DNA from: an uncultured Myxococcota bacterium
GTDB taxonomy: Bacteria; Myxococcota_A; Polyangia; Polyangiales; Houyiibacteriaceae
Reading direction: 5' to 3'
Assembly (NCBI GenBank): GCA_964196015.1
Contig: CAXMRM010000033.1
Location: forward strand, 1-36,088
Length of the DNA: 36,088 bases
The translations under genes and the position numbers were made by a program. The notes beneath the pieces are model-generated. The model was not told the origin of the DNA, made no database searches, and was given only the letters and a program-made list of their open reading frames with translations. Below, one piece after another: positions 9,669 through 17,422 of this stretch; position 1 is the first letter of the stretch; every line of letters begins with the position of its first letter.

Positions 9669-10503
9669 TTCAATTCACCTCGGAATTTTGGGCTGGCCAG
9701 TGGCCCACTCGAAGTCGCCTCAGATGCACGAATCGGCCGCGCGCGCGCTGGGGATCAAACTACGGTACGAGCGCTTCGAGGTCGCGCCGGACGATTTGGC
9801 CGGGGCGGTTCGGCGCAAGCACGAGGAGGCGATCGACGGCTACAACCTCACCGTGCCCCACAAAGAAGCGATCATGGAACTGCTCGACGAAGTCGCGCCG
9901 GCGGCGCTAGCGATCGGCGCCGTCAACACCGTCGTGCGCGTGGACGGGCGGTATGTTGGCCACAACACCGACGCTCCTGGGCTGGTGCGATCACTCGAAG
10001 ACGCGGGCGTGCAGCTGAGCGACGCGCGCGTGGTCGTGCTTGGTGCAGGGGGCGCTGCGCGCGCGGCAGTCGTTGGGCTCTCGAATGCAGGCGCCGACGA
10101 GATAGCTGTGCTTTCGAGAAGACCCGAGCAAAGCGAAGTGCTCATTCAATCGTTGGCGGCACACGTCGAGTGCACTCTAGAGGCAGCGCCGCTCAGCGAG
10201 GCAAGCTGGTATTTCGACACGGCGACGTTGCTGGTCCAGGCCACGAGCGCGACGCTTGGATCGAACCCGGGCGCCCTGGAATTTGCGGCGTCGCTCCCTA
10301 TCGACGCGCTCCCGGCCGAGGCGGCGGTCGTCGACATGGTCTACGAGCCCCTCAGGACAACAGTGCTCGCTCGCGCCGAAGACCACGGTCTGTCGATCGT
10401 CGACGGCATCGGAATGCTGCTCCACCAAGGAGCGATCGCCTTCGAAATGTGGACCGGGTTCGAGCCGCCCATCGACGTGATGCGTGCTGCTTTGAACGAC
10501 TGA
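9661..10503 (+). CDS. aroE: Shikimate dehydrogenase
   Basis: GWPVAHSKSPQMH, NLTVPHKE, GAVNT, NTD, GAGGAARA, DMVY and GMLLHQG. ATG at 9661 overlaps the xseA end. Confidence 0.95.
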   Translation: MSDSIHLGILGWPVAHSKSPQMHESAARALGIKLRYERFEVAPDDLAGAVRRKHEEAIDGYNLTVPHKEAIMELLDEVAPAALAIGAVNTVVRVDGRYVGHNTDAPGLVRSLEDAGVQLSDARVVVLGAGGAARAAVVGLSNAGADEIAVLSRRPEQSEVLIQSLAAHVECTLEAAPLSEASWYFDTATLLVQATSATLGSNPGALEFAASLPIDALPAEAAVVDMVYEPLRTTVLARAEDHGLSIVDGIGMLLHQGAIAFEMWTGFEPPIDVMRAALND

Positions 10504-10515
10504 CCGCGCGGGCGA

Positions 10516-11463
10516 TCACATCAAGACGCCGTCGACGGGTTCGATTGGCGGGGGGATCTCCGTCTCTCCGAGTTGCTGGCGCAGGTCGATCTCGATAGTG
10601 CGGCACAGAGCCGTCATCGGGGTGTCGTTGTCCTGGTTTTCGAACGGGTTCTTGAGCGCGGCGCCGAGTTGCTCGACGACCATGAAGCTGAGGCAGATCA
10701 CTATAACCGCAACAACCTCGAAGGCCGCTGCCTTGGTGCCCGATCTGAGAAAGGCGACCGGGATCGCCATCGCGCTGAGCCATACCAGGGCACGGGAAAT
10801 GAAACGCACCTCGTCTGGGAAGGCCGTGTTCTTGATCCGTTCGCAGCCACCCTGGACGTCGTAAAGGCGATTCAGTGTCGAATCGAGTTGCATCAACAAA
10901 ATCTGCTGAGAGGTGTCGACGCCCATCACTTGGGCGAGCTGCTCTCCTTGGCAGCGACTGAGTCGCGTGGCCTTGTTGGCGTACGTCTTCACCTCGCTGA
11001 GCTCGTCGGCCGAGAGGAAGGGAGCGAGCTCGTCCCACGACTCCTGTTGGCGCAGGCTGAGGCGAAGGGCGTTGCAATAAGCGAGGTGTCGGTGAACCAG
11101 CTCGGTCTGCAGTCGTGCGGCATCCTCCGGAGACGCGATGTTGGGAACGCGTTCTGGCGTGAGGAGCGTGATCACTTGGCGGGCGAAGCTCCGGCTTTCG
11201 TTGACGAGAGCGCCCCAAAGAATGCGTGCTTCCCACCATCGCTGATAGGCCTCGTTGAAGCGGAAGACGAGGAAGATACCAACCACGGTCCCAAGCAAAC
11301 CGATGGCGGCGGCAGAGAACACATCTGTTTGGAGCACGTCCGAGTACGCCGAGACGAAAGTAATCGCTTCCTCGATGACGACCACTGTGAGAATGAGTCG
11401 CCAGTTTCGCAGGATGAACTTCTGGGCGGCTCGTTCGAAGCCAGTGCCCCCTCGAACGATCAT
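10516..11463 (-). CDS. Bestrophin family ion channel (YneE-like)
   Basis: FLVFRFNEAYQRWWEARILWG, GGCERIKNT and LKNPFEN..ND bacterial bestrophin motifs. Confidence 0.9.
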   Translation of the reverse strand: MIVRGGTGFERAAQKFILRNWRLILTVVVIEEAITFVSAYSDVLQTDVFSAAAIGLLGTVVGIFLVFRFNEAYQRWWEARILWGALVNESRSFARQVITLLTPERVPNIASPEDAARLQTELVHRHLAYCNALRLSLRQQESWDELAPFLSADELSEVKTYANKATRLSRCQGEQLAQVMGVDTSQQILLMQLDSTLNRLYDVQGGCERIKNTAFPDEVRFISRALVWLSAMAIPVAFLRSGTKAAAFEVVAVIVICLSFMVVEQLGAALKNPFENQDNDTPMTALCRTIEIDLRQQLGETEIPPPIEPVDGVLM

Positions 11464-11939
11464 TCGCCTTCGAGCTCAGCGACGCCGAACATCTCGGCGG
11501 CATGTACGAACACCAATTCTTCTGCTTCCACGATGGGTTCAGGTGAAGCATCGATCCCGAAGGTGCAATCCTCGATCGCGAAAAACTCCTCCGACTGCAT
11601 CAGCTCATCGGAGACGCGGACGCCTCTGGGCAAGGGCAACGTCCCCATCACCAGCCCACCATCGAAAAGGCACGCCACCTCGTGCCGCTCGCGCCCGTCC
11701 TCCTCATGAAGCCCAAGCAGCGCGTCCTCCCCTGGAACGACGACCAACACCGCCTTCCTCTGCAACGCCAAAAACGGAATCGTCCGAGGCTGCTCCGGCA
11801 AGCTGACATTCGTCATCCGAAAGAACGCCTCATCACCGTTGAGAAACGGCAACAACCCTATCCCCTCCGGCACGTGCAAGGTACCAATCACCCAACCCGT
11901 AGGAGTAAACAACCGCACCGTCGTCACAGAAGGGGACAC
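11460..11939 (-). CDS. Hypothetical protein with two similar small beta-rich repeats (DUF6812-like)
   Basis: The halves resemble each other (GWVIGTLHVPEG..L..FLN..E.FF / GLVMGTLPLPRG.R.SD.L...E.FF). GGAG precedes GTG 11939. ATGA overlap with the bestrophin gene. Confidence 0.6.
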   Translation of the reverse strand: MSPSVTTVRLFTPTGWVIGTLHVPEGIGLLPFLNGDEAFFRMTNVSLPEQPRTIPFLALQRKAVLVVVPGEDALLGLHEEDGRERHEVACLFDGGLVMGTLPLPRGVRVSDELMQSEEFFAIEDCTFGIDASPEPIVEAEELVFVHAAEMFGVAELEGE

Positions 11940-11982
11940 GCTCCGTGATCCTAAATACCCGATATCCGGTCGCTTCTGCGAG

Positions 11983-12058
11983 AAAGATCGCAGCAGCGAA
12001 TCATTGCGTTTTCGACCAGATCGGGAAGCAACATTGGAAACAAATCGCTGCGATCTTT
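11983..12058. repeat. Inverted repeat / long imperfect hairpin in the divergent intergenic region
   Basis: AAAGATCGCAGC (11983-11994) is the exact reverse complement of GCTGCGATCTTT (12047-12058). Inner stem TTGC-g-TTTTCGA / TCGGGAA-GCAA. Confidence 0.65.
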
Positions 12059-12210
12059 GCTGGAGAAACTGCGTTATTTCAGACGCTTGGGACCCCGGAG
12101 AGTGTCCCTTTGTCACGTGTGGGGGTGCGGGGGGTGTCATATTGGCAGGCGCGGGGGTGAGCGAGTTGGTGTTTTTTGCGAAGTTATTGGGGAAATTGGG
12201 GGGGCTGGAA

Positions 12211-12228
12211 CTGGCACGGGACCTGCAT
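12211..12228 (+). promoter_or_regulatory. Putative sigma54 (-24/-12) promoter
   Basis: CTGGCACG-GGAC-CTGCAT matches YTGGCACG-N4-TTGCW with one mismatch and correct GG/GC spacing, just upstream of the ORF at 12242. Confidence 0.65.
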
Positions 12229-12241
12229 TACCTAAGGCGTC

Positions 12242-12682
12242 ATGCACCGAACGGGTATGTATCTCCTTGTACTCCTAGCGATCGTGGTCGGGGCCGCGGT
12301 GGTCACAGACGCCGTCGTGGTCACCGACCGTGAGCGCATGGACGAGTTCATCGAGTCGGTGACCGGACGGGTTTCCGAAACACGGATCGACAACGCACTC
12401 AGCTACGCCGACCCATCGAAAGTCACTATGGAGCTCGTGCATGAGGGGCACAGGCGTCGCTACAGCGACCGCAACGCGGCTGAGCTCAAGCCTGATGCGC
12501 GCAAAGCCCTTGCGTCGCTCGAAGGCTCGAGGCTCCACCTGATTCAGGAAAGCATCTCGCTCGACGGCGAGCGCGCGCGAATCGCGCTCCGGCTTCGCAC
12601 CGACACCGGCCTCGCCAATACGGTGTTCGACCTGCGCCGGGAAAACGACGTGTGGTTCCTGCGCCGCGTGATCGTCAACTAG
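12242..12682 (+). CDS. Hypothetical membrane-anchored or exported protein, possible NTF2/SnoaL-like fold
   Basis: N-terminal hydrophobic stretch and NTF2-like C-terminus (FDLRRENDVWFLRRV). The start may be 12257. Confidence 0.6.
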   Translation: MHRTGMYLLVLLAIVVGAAVVTDAVVVTDRERMDEFIESVTGRVSETRIDNALSYADPSKVTMELVHEGHRRRYSDRNAAELKPDARKALASLEGSRLHLIQESISLDGERARIALRLRTDTGLANTVFDLRRENDVWFLRRVIVN

Positions 12683-12972
12683 CTTTCGCCGAAGCGGGCA
12701 TCCGCAGCACTGACACCGTGAACGCGCAGTACCTTGATGCGCGCGCTGTCGCCGCGAAGAATCTCGACGTCGGACTTGGAAACGCCCAGCGTCTTGGCCA
12801 GCAGCTTCTTGAGCGCTTCGTTGGCGGCACCGTCCACTGGTGGCGCGGTTAACGCGACTTTGAGGGCCCCGTCCTGGACGCCAATGACGCGATTACGGCT
12901 CGCACGGGGCGCAACGCGGACCTCGAACGTGATCGCTCCCTCCTGTTCTCGAATGCGTAGTTCGCTCGTCAC
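12679..12972 (-). CDS. yggU: DUF167 / YggU family protein
   Basis: VRVAPRASR...LKVALTAPPVDGAANEAL...LGVSKSDVEILRG...R.K signature. Confidence 0.9.
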   Translation of the reverse strand: MTSELRIREQEGAITFEVRVAPRASRNRVIGVQDGALKVALTAPPVDGAANEALKKLLAKTLGVSKSDVEILRGDSARIKVLRVHGVSAADARFGES

Positions 12973-13023
12973 CTAATCAAACCCACTTGACCCCAGAGGC
13001 GAACCCGGCGAGATTTCCGCACA

Positions 13024-14019
13024 ATGCACCCGGTACTGTTCAGCATTCCTACTCCTTGGGGCGCGATTCCCATCTACTCCTACGGCGTGATGTTGGGAAG
13101 CAGCCTCCTCTTCGCCTGGTACTTCATCATGTACATGGGCAAGAGGATCGAGGGCTACAACCGGGAACTGCTGGCGAGCTGCTTCACCTGGACGGCAGTC
13201 GGCGCGATCATCGGCGCCCGCCTGCTCTACGTCTTCACCAACCTCGACTCGTACGCGAGCCTCGGTTCTTGGTTCGACCTCCGCTCCGGCGGCTTGGTGG
13301 CTTACGGCGGATTCCTCGGGGGCTTTGTGACGGCCTGGGCCTTCTGGCGAATGAAGAAGATCCCCTTGCTTCCCTTCGCGGACGTCGGTGTGCCCACGCT
13401 TGCTTCCGGGCTCATGCTCACGCGCGTTGGCTGTTACTTGTATGGATGTGACTATGGACGACCGCTTGGGGACGCTGCGCCGGGATGGCTGAAGTCCGTG
13501 GGTACGTTTCCGAAGTGGGACACCGGGGCGTTTCCCACATTCGCCTGCGACCAAACGATCAACGGGTCCCCGGCGTACCAGCACCACCTCAACGAGGATC
13601 TTCTCTCAGGCGATGCCATGAGCTCGCTGGCGGTGCATCCGACGCAGCTCTACGAATCGGCCGCCGGGCTCGTGTTATTCGTGTTTGCGGTGTGGCTGCT
13701 GACCCATCGGAAGTTCCGTGGCCAAGTCATGGTGACAGTTGCGGCCCTCTACGGGCTGTGGCGCTTCTTCATCGAGTACCTTCGCGACGATCCCGAGCGC
13801 GGGTCCGCCTTTGGGTTCTCCACCTCGCAGCTGATTTCCCTTGCGATCATTCCCGTGTGCATCATCGCGTACATCCACCTCAGGAAGCGCGCCGAAGAAA
13901 ACGGTGACATCGAGTTGCCCGCGTGGGCACTCGAATCAGCCCCGGGCCCTGCTGGCGCGGCGACGCACGCCGACCACCGCCCAGCAAAATACAGGCCGAA
14001 GAAGATCAAAAAGAAGTAG
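13024..14019 (+). CDS. lgt: Prolipoprotein diacylglyceryl transferase
   Basis: MHPVLF, YSYG, IIGARLLY, GGLVAYGG, RVGC..GCDYG, VHPTQLYES and RFFIEYLR. Confidence 0.92.
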   Translation: MHPVLFSIPTPWGAIPIYSYGVMLGSSLLFAWYFIMYMGKRIEGYNRELLASCFTWTAVGAIIGARLLYVFTNLDSYASLGSWFDLRSGGLVAYGGFLGGFVTAWAFWRMKKIPLLPFADVGVPTLASGLMLTRVGCYLYGCDYGRPLGDAAPGWLKSVGTFPKWDTGAFPTFACDQTINGSPAYQHHLNEDLLSGDAMSSLAVHPTQLYESAAGLVLFVFAVWLLTHRKFRGQVMVTVAALYGLWRFFIEYLRDDPERGSAFGFSTSQLISLAIIPVCIIAYIHLRKRAEENGDIELPAWALESAPGPAGAATHADHRPAKYRPKKIKKK

Positions 14020-14025
14020 CCGGGC

Positions 14026-14946
14026 CTATGGCTTCGCGGGCTGCTTAGCGCGATTGAAGGCCTCGAGTACACGGGGCGAGGTGCGCACAGTGTCGAGCTC
14101 GAGGTTCGGCTGCAACGCGAGGGCTGCGCGAAAGGACGCTTCGGCGAGGTCGGTGCGCTCGAGCGCGACGTAGGCGACGGCGAGCTCTTTGTGAATGGTC
14201 ACCACTTGTGTCGACGTCAGGCTTTGCGTTCCAAGGAGTCGGTTCCCGAGGGACACCGCTTCGGCGAACTCCGCGTTGTGCACCTGTTCAATGAGCTCCG
14301 GCACCAAGCTCTCAACTTCGTCTTGCGCCGCCTTGGCGGCCCCCCCGCCTGCCGCGCGCGCAAACGCATCGGACGCCTCTGCGCGCCCTTCGCCAGCCAG
14401 TCTCAGATCGAACAACGGAACCAACACCACCTGCCCGCGCTCGATCCGGGCACCCGCGTTGAACCGCCGCAAGCGCTTCAGCGACAGCGGGCTGTCCGGC
14501 ATGTACATCTTCGCAACCTTTTCGAGGGTTTCGCCCGGACCGACGACGTGCCGCAACGGGTAGGGCACCAGCAGCTCTGTCCCCTCATCCGGCTCGACCC
14601 GCCGGTTGCCCTGGTTGGCCTCGATCAACGTCGCAGCTCGCGTTTCTCGGCCAAAAAGCCGCGCCGCGATCGACTTCCAAGTCTCTTCCTTGCTCACGCG
14701 ATAGAACGTGACCATCGGAATGAAGATCCAGCTCCCAGACATCAGCCCGTTCATCCCGGGCCCCTTCATGCGATTCGCCTCGCGCAAGACTGCCTCGCGC
14801 GTGGGGTCGCCGTAATAGCGCTGAGCGATCGAGGCGAGGGTGTCGCCCTCTTGCACCGCATGCGTGTACACAGCCTGCGCTTCGGCGCCCGATGCCAGCA
14901 CGGCAAGCCCCATGACCAGCAACAGCGGGATGAACGCTCGCTTCAC
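14026..14946 (-). CDS. Secreted LysM-repeat protein with a C-terminal TPR-like helical region
   Basis: Signal peptide, three LysM-like repeats (HAVQEGDTLASIAQRYYG, YRVSKEETWKSIA, HVVGPGETLEKVA) and a TPR-like segment (LAVAYVALERTDLAEASFRAALALQP). Confidence 0.82.
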   Translation of the reverse strand: MKRAFIPLLLVMGLAVLASGAEAQAVYTHAVQEGDTLASIAQRYYGDPTREAVLREANRMKGPGMNGLMSGSWIFIPMVTFYRVSKEETWKSIAARLFGRETRAATLIEANQGNRRVEPDEGTELLVPYPLRHVVGPGETLEKVAKMYMPDSPLSLKRLRRFNAGARIERGQVVLVPLFDLRLAGEGRAEASDAFARAAGGGAAKAAQDEVESLVPELIEQVHNAEFAEAVSLGNRLLGTQSLTSTQVVTIHKELAVAYVALERTDLAEASFRAALALQPNLELDTVRTSPRVLEAFNRAKQPAKP

Positions 14947-16271
14947 GGCGTTTCCTCCGGATCATCCACGACGGCGAGCGGCTCGGAGAGGGTCGCGCGA
15001 TCGTGAACCGTGTTACCCATCTCAAGCACCACTTCGTGCTCGACAGGTGCGAAGTAGGGGTTGGTGTACTTCACGAAGTGACGGCCCGGCTTGAGCGGAA
15101 TCACACGGGCCGCCGGCGTCGTCAGCACGTGCTGTCCGTCCACCTGCACGTGCGCCCAGGGATCGGCGCTGACGGTCAGATATCCAGCTTCCGCCGGATT
15201 GAACGCAGCCGGTGCCTCCCCAACCGATGGCCCGGACCACCGTCCGCTCGCCACCTGGACGGTGAGCCCCGAAAGGACGAGTGCGACGAGGGCAGCCGTT
15301 TGCCACTTCGCAATGCTCCGCAAGAAACCAGCGTCACGGCGCCCGCTTCGAAGCACACGCGGGGCAACCGCAGAGAGCACCTCGTCGGTCTGATCGCTCG
15401 TCATGACCCCTATCTCGTTCAGGAACATGACCAGACGCGCGTTGTGGCTCATGGGTACACGTGGTGCGAGAAACTCGGTGAGATCGTCGATGAGCGCCTG
15501 GCTGGTCGGATAGCGATTTGCCGGCATTTTCTGCAAGCAACGCGCCATGATCCGCTCCAACTTGCGGGGCACCTCGACGCCGAGTTTTTTGGGCGACTCA
15601 TAACGGTCGAGTCGGATCTTCTGCATGACCGTACGGGATTCGTCTTCGACGAACGGCTTACGTCCGGTGAGCATTTGGTAAAGCACGATGCCAACAGAAA
15701 AGATATCGCTGCGGAAGTCGAGCTTGTCGCCGAGAATCTGCTCCGGGCTCATGTAGCTCGGCGTCCCTAGACCCGTGCCGGTTTCGGTCAGATCGCCGAA
15801 GCGCTCGTGGCGCGCGATGCCAAAGTCCATCAGCTTCACGTCGCCTTGCACGGACACCATGATGTTCGCCGGCTTGATGTCGCGGTGAATGATCCCGCGG
15901 AAGTGCGCATAGTCTAGGCCGCGCGCGAGTTGTAGCATGATGATCGCAGCGATGTCCGGTGGCAACCGTGGCGAGCGCTCGAGGAGGTCGTAGAGATCGA
16001 TCCCGTCGACGTACTCCATGATGATGAACATCGACCGACCGTCTTTGACGAAGTCGATGACATGCAGAATGTTCTCGTGTTGGAGCGACGCCATGAAGTG
16101 CGCCTCGCGTTCAAACCGCTCGGCGAACTGGCTGTCGATTGCAATCGACGGTTTGAGCGCCTTGATGGCGACTCGCCGATTGAGCGGCTCCTGGATCGCC
16201 TCATAGACGACGGCCATGCCGCCGCTGCCGATTTCACCGAGAACGCGACACGTTCCGATTCGCTCAACCAT
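14943..16271 (-). CDS. Hanks-type Ser/Thr protein kinase with a TM helix and PEGA-like extracytoplasmic domain
   Basis: IGSGGMAVVY, VAIK, HRDIKPAN, DFG, GTPSYMSPEQ, TM segment, then ADPWAHVQVDG. Confidence 0.93.
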   Translation of the reverse strand: MVERIGTCRVLGEIGSGGMAVVYEAIQEPLNRRVAIKALKPSIAIDSQFAERFEREAHFMASLQHENILHVIDFVKDGRSMFIIMEYVDGIDLYDLLERSPRLPPDIAAIIMLQLARGLDYAHFRGIIHRDIKPANIMVSVQGDVKLMDFGIARHERFGDLTETGTGLGTPSYMSPEQILGDKLDFRSDIFSVGIVLYQMLTGRKPFVEDESRTVMQKIRLDRYESPKKLGVEVPRKLERIMARCLQKMPANRYPTSQALIDDLTEFLAPRVPMSHNARLVMFLNEIGVMTSDQTDEVLSAVAPRVLRSGRRDAGFLRSIAKWQTAALVALVLSGLTVQVASGRWSGPSVGEAPAAFNPAEAGYLTVSADPWAHVQVDGQHVLTTPAARVIPLKPGRHFVKYTNPYFAPVEHEVVLEMGNTVHDRATLSEPLAVVDDPEETP

Positions 16272-16282
16272 CGCGATCCATC

Positions 16283-16311
16283 ACACTAGGTGGGGGCTCG
16301 GGTAGTGTCAA
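16283..16311 (-). promoter_or_regulatory. Sigma70-type promoter for the kinase-LysM unit
   Basis: Minus strand TTGACA (16311-16306), 17-bp spacer, TAGTGT (16288-16283), 11 nt before ATG 16271. Confidence 0.7.
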
Positions 16312-16342
16312 CGATCGCCAAAAGTTTGGAGAAAACCGACAC

Positions 16343-17422
16343 TTAGGGCGGAGAGTCACCTGTGGGCGGCGGGAGCACGCAAAGGCCCCGCTCCAGCCAA
16401 CTGGTGCCCCCACGGCCGTCCCGAATGACGAAGTTGAAGCGGACCAGCATCCCGTCTTCTGGCGCTTCAGCAAACGGCTGCCAAAACGTCAGAATCGAGC
16501 GCGCGGGGTCGGTGATGAACGAGAAGGTGCGCTCGAGGTCGCCGCCGTCGGTGAGCCAACTGACTTGGATCTCTTCGATCTGGTCCATGTCATCCACCAT
16601 GTACGACTGGAAGCTCTCCGGCGTCACGTGCAGGTTGATGGTTGAAGCCGGGCTGCCTGCGACCGGATGGGCCGCTCGTTCCTGGTCTGTGAGTCCGTCG
16701 AGGTCCGCCTTGCAGCCCGTCCGGGGGGCGGTGCGCGGTACGCCCTGATCGTAGGGCGGTGGCCAGGGCAGGCGCTTCCCTCCTGCATCTTCATAGCCGC
16801 CGTTGAGAACGACCGTCGAAATTTCGGGATTCAGGTTCGGGTCTTCGGGCGTGGTCTCGATCGGAATATCCACCGTCACGAACCGCCCTTCGTTGCTCGG
16901 ATCTGCACAGGGGTTGAGATCGTCGGTCTCGCCGAGGATGAAACGAAGGATCGCGTCCTCGTCAGGCGGTCCGTTGGCGCAAATCGCACCCTGCAAAACC
17001 AGTCGGTCCGCCTGAGCGGCCTCGAACTCTGCTTCCGAGGGCGCCTGAAAGCGCATGACGGGAAAGTCGAGGGGGCTATCCGGCGGAGTCGCCGTGCAAC
17101 CCTCACAGGGCTGAATCAAGTCCCGGCAAATCGGGGGCCCGATGAGCGTAGGCTGCGGAATGCAGGCGATAAACGACCACTGCAGCAGTGGCGGAGTCAG
17201 CGCAGGTACGTCGGGTAGGTCGGAAGGGGGCGCGCCCTGATCCACCACGAGAATCGAGACCTGGATGTCGTCCTCGGGATCGGGGCTCGCGCGCCCGGGC
17301 TTTCCCTCGACCTCGACCAACACGCCCACCGCGCGGAGGTCGGTCACGGCCCAGGCGGGAAGGAAGCTCTCGCTGCAAGCGATCACGAAGCACAAGAGCG
17401 TCGCACCGACCACCCGCTTCAT
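16343..17422 (-). CDS. Hypothetical Cys/Pro-rich lipoprotein, partner of the TonB-dependent receptor
   Basis: MKRVVGATLLCFVIAC lipobox. The ATG overlaps the receptor stop codon (ATGA). Confidence 0.72.
   Translation of the reverse strand: MKRVVGATLLCFVIACSESFLPAWAVTDLRAVGVLVEVEGKPGRASPDPEDDIQVSILVVDQGAPPSDLPDVPALTPPLLQWSFIACIPQPTLIGPPICRDLIQPCEGCTATPPDSPLDFPVMRFQAPSEAEFEAAQADRLVLQGAICANGPPDEDAILRFILGETDDLNPCADPSNEGRFVTVDIPIETTPEDPNLNPEISTVVLNGGYEDAGGKRLPWPPPYDQGVPRTAPRTGCKADLDGLTDQERAAHPVAGSPASTINLHVTPESFQSYMVDDMDQIEEIQVSWLTDGGDLERTFSFITDPARSILTFWQPFAEAPEDGMLVRFNFVIRDGRGGTSWLERGLCVLPPPTGDSPP

Noticed and set aside
11960-12110. dif site or replication origin at the skew switch
   Set aside because: No XerC/XerD 28-bp consensus and no DnaA-box cluster are recognisable, and the skew spans only a few hundred bp.
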